Below, one piece after another: positions 57,807 through 64,000 of a stretch of DNA of 64,000 nucleotides. Origin of the DNA: an uncultured Alphaproteobacteria bacterium (lineage in GTDB: Bacteria; Pseudomonadota; Alphaproteobacteria; RF32; CAG-239); contig CALXTV010000007.1 in assembly GCA_944391505.1 (NCBI GenBank), positions 2,839 to 66,838 of the forward strand, written 5' to 3'. The notes beneath the pieces were generated by a model that was not told the DNA's origin, did no database searches, and was given only the letters and a program-made list of their open reading frames with translations. The position numbers were made by a program, and so were the translations under genes. How positions within the stretch are numbered: the stretch's first letter is position 1; each line of letters begins with the position of its first letter.

Positions 57807-60800
57807 ATGAAAAAATCTTTATTAATGACAACAGCATTGGTTGCACTGGTGAGTGCATCTAATGCCCGCGCTGAAGATTGGACAGTCAGTGCGCCGGAAA
57901 GTATTGAAAACCAAATCCTAAATAAAGACAATGTAACCATTCAAGCCGGAGGCGAAGTTGCAATTTCCGGAGACACGGAAAGCGGCATAATCGCCAAAAG
58001 TTTTACGATGGAAGGCGGAAAGCTGACCGCAACATCGGTTAACGGCAGCGCCGACACCGGAATTTTCGTTAAATCGGACAGTTCAGACATAAACTTGAAT
58101 GGCGGCACCATCGAGTTAACAAATTCACGCATCTACAAAGGCAATGATACAGAGACAAGCGGAGATATTAATATTTCCGGTGGAGATATTACTTTGAATA
58201 AAGATGCCTATATTGAAATGCGGAAAGAAAACAGCGGTAATGTCAATATAACCGGTGGCAACTTACTCTTAAATGAAAATTCAGCCTTGCTCATCAATAG
58301 CAACAATGACCAAGAAGTTGAGGGCAACGCCTCCAAGGTGATAATCAATGGGGAAGGGGCGCAAATTACGGCAACCGGAAACAACCGCATCACGGGAAAT
58401 ATTGATTTTACGAACGGAACCCTAACAGTCAGCGACAATGCAAGTTTGACTTCCGGTGATATAACTATGTCCGGTGAAGATGCTCAGATAGATTTGTCCG
58501 GCCAGTTGAATACAAATATTTCCGGCAATGGAAATATCACATTCCAAAATTCGTCCTCAAATATTAAAGGGAATGTCTCAGGCTCTCATTTAACCTTTGA
58601 AGCAGACCATTCTTTAAGCCAAGCTATTTCGGGCGGTATTTCTAATTTAGCCTCTTTGAGTGTTAATAAAGGAACATTGACGTATGATAAACCTTCGGAA
58701 GGTCTTTTAGGTGATGTGAAGGTTGCTCAAGGAGCGGGATTAAATGTTAATAAATTTATGCAAACCAATGATTTAACGCTTAACGGAAAAGTCAGCATCA
58801 ATGATGATGTCGCCGCACAAGGAAACATCAAAATAGCCGATGCCTCGATTGATTTGAACGGCAAGTCATTAAATGCCATAAAAGAAGGTATTACAATGAC
58901 GAGCGGAACCATCAATATGAACAATGGCTCAGGCGACCAAGATTTAACCCTTTGGGCGGCTAAAGATATTAATATCTTGGGCGGTACAATTAATATGAAT
59001 GGTCGCGAAGCATACATTGACACATTTTATGACTTGCTTAACCCTGATGACCATACACCGCTCCCAAAACCGGACACTCCTGGAAATATTAATATTTCTA
59101 ATGCGACCATTAACGTTAACAGCAATTCGGCGGAAATATCTTCCGAAGGAAAGATTAATGTTTCCGATAATGCGGTCATCAATATCGCATCTGGTGCAAA
59201 ATTATCTTCTTATGAGAGCTTTAGCATTAAAAATGCAGATTTAGTATTAGGTGATAAGGCCACTATCAATCTTACCGGTACCGGCGCAATTAATATTGCC
59301 GGTAATTTGGCGGCAAATGTTGAAGGTGATGGTAATCTGAACATTAAGTCTTCTAATGCGGTAATTGATGGTGATATCAAAGGCTCGCAATTAACCTTTG
59401 AGGCAGACCATTCTTTGAGTAAAGCTCTGTTGGGTGAGAATATTGAATTAGCCTCTTTGAACGTTAACAAAGGTACGTTGACTTTTGATAAACAACCAAC
59501 TTCAATCACCAATTTGAATGTTGCCGGAGGTTTGGACATTGGTACCAATACCGTAAAAGCTACCAATGTTTCCTTCAAAGACAACTCCACGCTTAAATTC
59601 ACGGTTGCCGGTAAAGAAGACGGAAGTTATGGTAAAATTCAAGCTAGTACGATAGATATTAGCACAACCGGTACCAAACTTGATTTAACCTTAAACAGCA
59701 GTGTTTTGGGTAAAGATGAAGCAAAAGATTTTACTATTCTTGATGGTAGTGTCAGCGGAGATTTTGCGGAGTTAAGCAAAAACAGCCGTTATGAATTTGA
59801 AAAATTAGGAAACGGTCAATATAAAATTACCGGAAAAGCCTCAGCGGCTGATATTGCGACAGAAGCCGGCGGTAATGCCAACAATGTCGGCACTGCAACG
59901 GCTTGGGATGGTGTTTCTTTAGATAACCCAAGCGGTTCAACTTCCGGACAAGTTGCCAATGCCTTGGCTGAATTGGCTGGTAAACCGGATGCCGCCTCAC
60001 AAAAGGCTTATGTAGATGCTTTGACCGCGGTTGCTCCTGAGGTTGCGCCAATGGTTCAACATACACAAACCGAAACCGCAAACCAAGTCTTTGGCGCTGT
60101 CGGTACACGTTTAACCGGTGGTTCTGTTTCTACCGGTGGTGAAGGTATGTCTTCCGGTGATAATATCTTTGAGCGTGCCGCAATGTGGGTTCAAGGCTTG
60201 TTTAATAAATCTAAACTTGATGACACTTCAAAATCTTATGGCTTTGATGCAGATTCAAACGGTATCGCCATGGGTGCTGAAAAATATGTAACGGAAGACA
60301 CCAAAGTCGGTTTAGGTTATGCTTATACCAACACCGATATTGACGGCTTCAAAAGAGATACTGATGTCGATACACATACCGCCTTTGTTTATGGCGAATA
60401 TAAGCCGAGTAATTGGTATGTTAACGGTATCGCCTCATACGGCTGGTCAGATTATGACGAAAGCAAGAATGTTGCCGGAGTTAATGTTAAGTCTGACTAT
60501 GATGCCGAAACCTTTGGTTTGCAAGCTATGGCCGGTTATGACATGCAAATGAAACACTTCGGTTTAACTCCTGAAGTTGGTTTGCGCTATGTTCACATTA
60601 GCCAAGACAGCTATAAAGATTCTGCCGACCAAAGAGTATCTGCAAATGATAGCGATATCTTAACCGGTGTTATCGGTGCTAAAGTCAGCAAAACTTGGAC
60701 GCTTGAAAACGGTATGAACATTAAACCGGAAGCACGCATTGCCGCAACTTATGACCTGATGAACGATGACACAAACTCTGTCGTAACTTTGGCCAATGGT

Positions 60801-60971
60801 TCGGCTTATGCGGTCGATGGCGAAGCTCTTGACCGTTTCGGAATGGAATTCGGTGCCGGTGTAACTGCGGAAGTTAACGACAATGTTGAGCTTTCTCTCG
60901 GTTATGAGGGCAAATTCCGCGATAATTACGAAGACCATACAGGCTTGATTAACGCTAAATATAAGTTTTAG
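57807..60971 (+). CDS. Autotransporter with large repetitive passenger domain
   Basis: AAGGAAG RBS, signal peptide MKKSLLMTTALVALVSASNARA, and an internal duplication (LTFEADHSLSQAISGGISNLASLSVNKGTLTYDK / LTFEADHSLSKALLGENIELASLNVNKGTLTFDK). The C-terminal beta-barrel ends ...INAKYKF. Confidence 0.9.
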   Translation: MKKSLLMTTALVALVSASNARAEDWTVSAPESIENQILNKDNVTIQAGGEVAISGDTESGIIAKSFTMEGGKLTATSVNGSADTGIFVKSDSSDINLNGGTIELTNSRIYKGNDTETSGDINISGGDITLNKDAYIEMRKENSGNVNITGGNLLLNENSALLINSNNDQEVEGNASKVIINGEGAQITATGNNRITGNIDFTNGTLTVSDNASLTSGDITMSGEDAQIDLSGQLNTNISGNGNITFQNSSSNIKGNVSGSHLTFEADHSLSQAISGGISNLASLSVNKGTLTYDKPSEGLLGDVKVAQGAGLNVNKFMQTNDLTLNGKVSINDDVAAQGNIKIADASIDLNGKSLNAIKEGITMTSGTINMNNGSGDQDLTLWAAKDINILGGTINMNGREAYIDTFYDLLNPDDHTPLPKPDTPGNINISNATINVNSNSAEISSEGKINVSDNAVINIASGAKLSSYESFSIKNADLVLGDKATINLTGTGAINIAGNLAANVEGDGNLNIKSSNAVIDGDIKGSQLTFEADHSLSKALLGENIELASLNVNKGTLTFDKQPTSITNLNVAGGLDIGTNTVKATNVSFKDNSTLKFTVAGKEDGSYGKIQASTIDISTTGTKLDLTLNSSVLGKDEAKDFTILDGSVSGDFAELSKNSRYEFEKLGNGQYKITGKASAADIATEAGGNANNVGTATAWDGVSLDNPSGSTSGQVANALAELAGKPDAASQKAYVDALTAVAPEVAPMVQHTQTETANQVFGAVGTRLTGGSVSTGGEGMSSGDNIFERAAMWVQGLFNKSKLDDTSKSYGFDADSNGIAMGAEKYVTEDTKVGLGYAYTNTDIDGFKRDTDVDTHTAFVYGEYKPSNWYVNGIASYGWSDYDESKNVAGVNVKSDYDAETFGLQAMAGYDMQMKHFGLTPEVGLRYVHISQDSYKDSADQRVSANDSDILTGVIGAKVSKTWTLENGMNIKPEARIAATYDLMNDDTNSVVTLANGSAYAVDGEALDRFGMEFGAGVTAEVNDNVELSLGYEGKFRDNYEDHTGLINAKYKF

Positions 60972-61078
60972 GAGGACTTGTCAAAATTTATTTTGACGTA
61001 AAAATGTCATCTTCAGAGCGAACAGAGCGTAAGTGAATGTAAGACCCGGAGATCTGGCGTTAAATCACTAAAACGAAA

Positions 61079-61112
61079 CAGCCTCGGATAAAAATATTCG
61101 AGGCTGCTTTTA
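61079..61112 (+). terminator. Rho-independent terminator of the autotransporter gene
   Basis: cagcctcg...cgaggctg plus a T-run. Confidence 0.8.
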
Positions 61113-61357
61113 TATAAATTGTTAAATAAGTTCAAAATATGTAAAGAAAAAATCCAGTTATTCAAAAGCAATAAACCAATATCAATAAGTTTCAGATTTC
61201 AGAATATCTTAACAGTTCCTATTGCTCAGAATATCATTGGTTAGTTGAGTTGATTGAATATGATAATAATAGTTTTAGGCGTAGAGGAGAAATTTATGGT
61301 ATCAAATCGGCTGTGTTTTTATCACAATCTATTTTTGTTTTGTTATTTATTCTATCT

Positions 61358-61849
61358 CTAATGAGTCAAATCGGCTTTGTCATCACATTCAATTCTTGCT
61401 TGATGGAGATATTCTTTTACTGTATTTTGAATCCAATATGTCGCCTTCCCAATTGCTATGGTGTTATACATATTTCCTCCGCGCACAGATGCAAAATCGC
61501 TATATTGTATCATATCATGAGCACAGGCATAATAGGCTGTAACCAGTGTATCAAAATTCTTTTTGACCTCAGCATTGTATTTTTTATAATTTCTGTCAAA
61601 AAGTTTATGGGCAACAGCAATAGAACAATCACCAAAATCATAAGCCGCATTATTCATATCTGCAGTTGAGGGAGCATCGGCCATTTGAATTTTGCAATTC
61701 GCCAATTCTTCTTCCAAACTACGAAGAAATGCATCTTCTTCACCTGAACATTTTTCTTGTTTGTCAGTGTAGGTTGATACTTTTTCTTCTGCTGCGGAAG
61801 CTTGTATAGATAATGCCAATGCCATTATTAATAATAAAATAAATCTCAT
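61358..61849 (-). CDS. Secreted Cys-containing protein (possibly DUF1311/LprI-like)
   Basis: Signal peptide MRFILLLIMALALSIQASA and 6 Cys. It is the last gene of the minus-strand island operon. Confidence 0.55.
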   Translation of the reverse strand: MRFILLLIMALALSIQASAAEEKVSTYTDKQEKCSGEEDAFLRSLEEELANCKIQMADAPSTADMNNAAYDFGDCSIAVAHKLFDRNYKKYNAEVKKNFDTLVTAYYACAHDMIQYSDFASVRGGNMYNTIAIGKATYWIQNTVKEYLHQARIECDDKADLTH

Positions 61850-61853
61850 CCCG

Positions 61854-62366
61854 CTATTCCTTATGAGTTTGAAGAGGCTTTACTTCCATCTTCTTAAAGG
61901 CAACAATCATTAAAACACCATAAATAATTAATGGTAAGAAAAAGAATATTGCTCCAAGAATGGCATTCCCCAGACTGCCAAGTGTTAAGATAATATTTTT
62001 TTGTTTAAACAAAAAATACAAATAAACAAATATATATAATAACCATTCAGGAATTATTACTTGCCAAGATAAGGCTTTGTATAAATAATTTTTTCCATAA
62101 ATTTTCAGCCCTGTGTAGAGGGGAAAGGCTTGAAAATAAAAACAAATGATTGTAAATGTTTCATAACGACATGGGGCTTGTTCATCTTTTCTAAACCAAT
62201 GAAAATAGTTATTCCAACCAAATTCCAGATAATTTTGAATTTGAGCCCCAAAAGCAGGAGTAATACAGATTTCGCCACTTTGATGGTCATTCGTCATCAT
62301 TGTTCCCCATAATAGAGACAAAACAATAATCAGTAGCTCTAGTATAATGTATTTTACTATTTTCAT
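61854..62366 (-). CDS. Membrane protein, paralog 2 of tandem pair (immunity-protein-like)
   Basis: Shares GWNNYF(H/Q)WF, a PC(R) motif and TM topology with 62379..62885. About 4-5 TM helices. Confidence 0.6.
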   Translation of the reverse strand: MKIVKYIILELLIIVLSLLWGTMMTNDHQSGEICITPAFGAQIQNYLEFGWNNYFHWFRKDEQAPCRYETFTIICFYFQAFPLYTGLKIYGKNYLYKALSWQVIIPEWLLYIFVYLYFLFKQKNIILTLGSLGNAILGAIFFFLPLIIYGVLMIVAFKKMEVKPLQTHKE

Positions 62367-62378
62367 AGGTTTCTCTTT

Positions 62379-62885
62379 TTACTTGCTTTTTATTTTCATT
62401 ATATGCATGTTGCACCCAGATATTATAAATACAGAACACAGAATAAAAGGAACAAATAGTAGCAATATTCCGATTAAAGCATTTATGAAACTATAACTTG
62501 TTAACACTAGACCTGGCTGCAAAAATAACCATATCATAAATAGAGCAATGTAAAATATATATTCTGAAATAACAAATTTATATTTAAGCGTTATTGAAAG
62601 CTTAAACATTCCATACACCTTTAACAAAGCATATGCAGGAAAACAACTTAAAAAATATAAGCACCATGCTGCAAAAGTTATACGGCATGGCATTTGTTCT
62701 ATATTTGAAAACCATTGAAAATAGTTATTCCAGCCTAATGCCAGATAGTTACCAATATTTATTCCATAATTTGCTGTTAGGCATGTTTCTCCAGGTTTGA
62801 GCATTGAGATAAAAAATAAATCTCCCCAAAACCAAGCGGCGATAATAAATATTAGTTCCAGAATGACATAAAATAAAATTTTCAT
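62379..62885 (-). CDS. Membrane protein, paralog 1 of tandem pair (immunity-protein-like)
   Basis: Paralogous to 61854..62366. Its start overlaps the stop of the upstream SLT-like gene by 1 nt. Confidence 0.6.
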   Translation of the reverse strand: MKILFYVILELIFIIAAWFWGDLFFISMLKPGETCLTANYGINIGNYLALGWNNYFQWFSNIEQMPCRITFAAWCLYFLSCFPAYALLKVYGMFKLSITLKYKFVISEYIFYIALFMIWLFLQPGLVLTSYSFINALIGILLLFVPFILCSVFIISGCNMHIMKIKSK

Positions 62886-63817
62886 TATTTTCCTTTTTTT
62901 GATTTAAATTTTGGCATTTCCAATGGGTTATTCCAAGTTTTATTTTTATAATATTCTTTGGCCCGAGCACCATAATCATTTACTTCTTTTAATCCTGTAC
63001 CATTCCATAAAGTAGCAATTTTGGCAATATCTTTATCCGGAACAGCATCATATATGGATTTAAGAACCCTTACGCCGAGTTCTATGTTTTGCTCAGGATC
63101 ATTAACATCATATTGTTTTCCTTGAAAGTTACCCCACGTCTTTCCTTGAATATTCATAGGAAGGGTACTTTCAGAAATTTTTATAATATCAGCCAATTTG
63201 TTGTATCCATATTTATGATAATCAGAATTTTCTGAATATATTATAGCTTTTGTTATATTAGGGTCAAGCCCATATCGTTGAGAATATTTTTCTATTTGTT
63301 TGCTATATTTATCTACATAATCTCTTCCCCAGTTGTGTAAATGTTCAGGTAATAAGTCTGGTTTGGCATTAGGATTATCGGCAATATTAATATATATTTT
63401 TTTGCCTGATTTAAGAGCATCTATTCTGTCTTTAGCACTCATTCCATTTCCATTTATTGATATTTGTGGATTTTTTATTTCTTGTTTTATGTCAATTTTG
63501 GGAGAGCTTTTAGCCCATGGAGTTTGATTTTCTGTTTTGTCAGATATTTTTAAATCTTGAGATTTTATATTTGAAGAAGATTTTTCATCAGATTTAATAT
63601 TGTTAAAGATATTAGAAATTCCACTCATAAAAGAACCATCATCTTTACTTTGTGAAGATTTGTTTGCTGTTAATGAATTAAAGCTGTTTTCCAACAAATT
63701 TTTAGAGCTGAATTTATAGCCTTTGTATTTGTCTTCTTGAGATTGTTTTTGAATAGGATAATTAAAAAAATATATTTTTTGAAAAATAGACAAAATAATG
63801 CTTGCATAGCATGTCAA
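62885..63817 (-). CDS. Lytic transglycosylase (SLT-domain)-like protein with low-complexity S/K/N-rich N-terminal region
   Basis: IIYSENSDYH (ES catalytic-type motif), NDPEQNIELGVRVL (compare MltE NPERNISMGAAYL), and LWNGTG (compare SYANGAG). The start is uncertain. Confidence 0.55.
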   Translation of the reverse strand: MTCYASIILSIFQKIYFFNYPIQKQSQEDKYKGYKFSSKNLLENSFNSLTANKSSQSKDDGSFMSGISNIFNNIKSDEKSSSNIKSQDLKISDKTENQTPWAKSSPKIDIKQEIKNPQISINGNGMSAKDRIDALKSGKKIYINIADNPNAKPDLLPEHLHNWGRDYVDKYSKQIEKYSQRYGLDPNITKAIIYSENSDYHKYGYNKLADIIKISESTLPMNIQGKTWGNFQGKQYDVNDPEQNIELGVRVLKSIYDAVPDKDIAKIATLWNGTGLKEVNDYGARAKEYYKNKTWNNPLEMPKFKSKKGK

Positions 63818-63830
63818 AATGTGGTATATA
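63802..63830 (+). promoter_or_regulatory. sigma70-like promoter TTGCAT-N17-TATATA driving the partial plus-strand gene
   Basis: Read directly. It overlaps the 5' end of the divergent SLT-like gene. Confidence 0.4.
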
Positions 63831-63881
63831 CTATTTCAGAAAAAAATATTTTTATGTTAAATAAAAAAATTTTATCATTAT

Positions 63882-64000
63882 GGAAACAAAAACATTTTTT
63901 GAAAAAGTAAAAGAATTAGCTAGAGAAAATAGTTTCAAATGTAATGCCGCCGGTCGTCGGTTTGTGGCTGATAAAATTCAGGTAACAGAACCACGCTTGT
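63882..64000 (+). CDS. Partial CDS running off the window end
   Basis: ATG at 63882, and METKTFFEKVKELARENSFKCNAAGRRFVADKIQVTEPRL is open to the window end. Confidence 0.4.

Noticed and set aside
61250-61669. 139-aa plus-strand ORF
   Set aside because: It is antisense to the signal-peptide gene 61358..61849 in an AT-rich region. Low-complexity I/F-rich translation.

Overview
This window is a ~64 kb chromosomal segment from a diderm (Gram-negative-type) bacterium with about 50-55% GC. Its backbone carries housekeeping and envelope genes: fhs, rnhA, ispH, an M16 peptidase, gltX, opgG/opgH, an Mla-type lipid ABC transporter with MCE and PqiC-like partners, dsbD, an MscS-family channel, two SMR pumps, an MFS transporter, hsp20, a GH13 amylase and a giant CoA-activase fusion. 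There are two autotransporters. Three strongly AT-rich islands interrupt this backbone. The first island (3.15-5.5 kb) holds a DPPY-type DNA methyltransferase with a translationally coupled partner, which looks like a type II restriction-modification module. The second island (52.8-57.8 kb) holds a minus-strand operon that encodes a bacterial serum-amyloid-A-like protein, a Cys-rich membrane protein and a 410-codon toxin-like reading frame interrupted by one in-frame TGA; it also holds a small membrane protein and a peptidoglycan-binding-domain protein. The third island (61.1 kb to the window end) encodes a lytic-transglycosylase-like secreted protein followed by two tandem paralogous membrane proteins and a secreted Cys-containing protein, which looks like an effector/immunity cassette. 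A ~120-nt GC-rich structured element occurs twice (12.9 kb and 56.4 kb), each copy just after a terminator and just upstream of a gene for a secreted protein. The two copies share a conserved hairpin and show compensatory base changes in a second hairpin. A CsoR-family repressor is co-transcribed with a 51-aa metallothionein-like Cys-rich peptide behind two canonical CsoR boxes (TACCC-N5-GGGTA) that overlap a sigma70 promoter. The start of the window carries a class D beta-lactamase, a transglutaminase-like protein and a VanX-type D-Ala-D-Ala dipeptidase. A DUF5131 (phage Gp37/Gp68-like) gene sits next to a membrane-anchored T4-lysozyme-like protein and an MliC-type lysozyme-inhibitor lipoprotein. 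No rRNA, tRNA or CRISPR array was seen. Coordinates taken from reading the printed sequence may be off by 1-2 nt.
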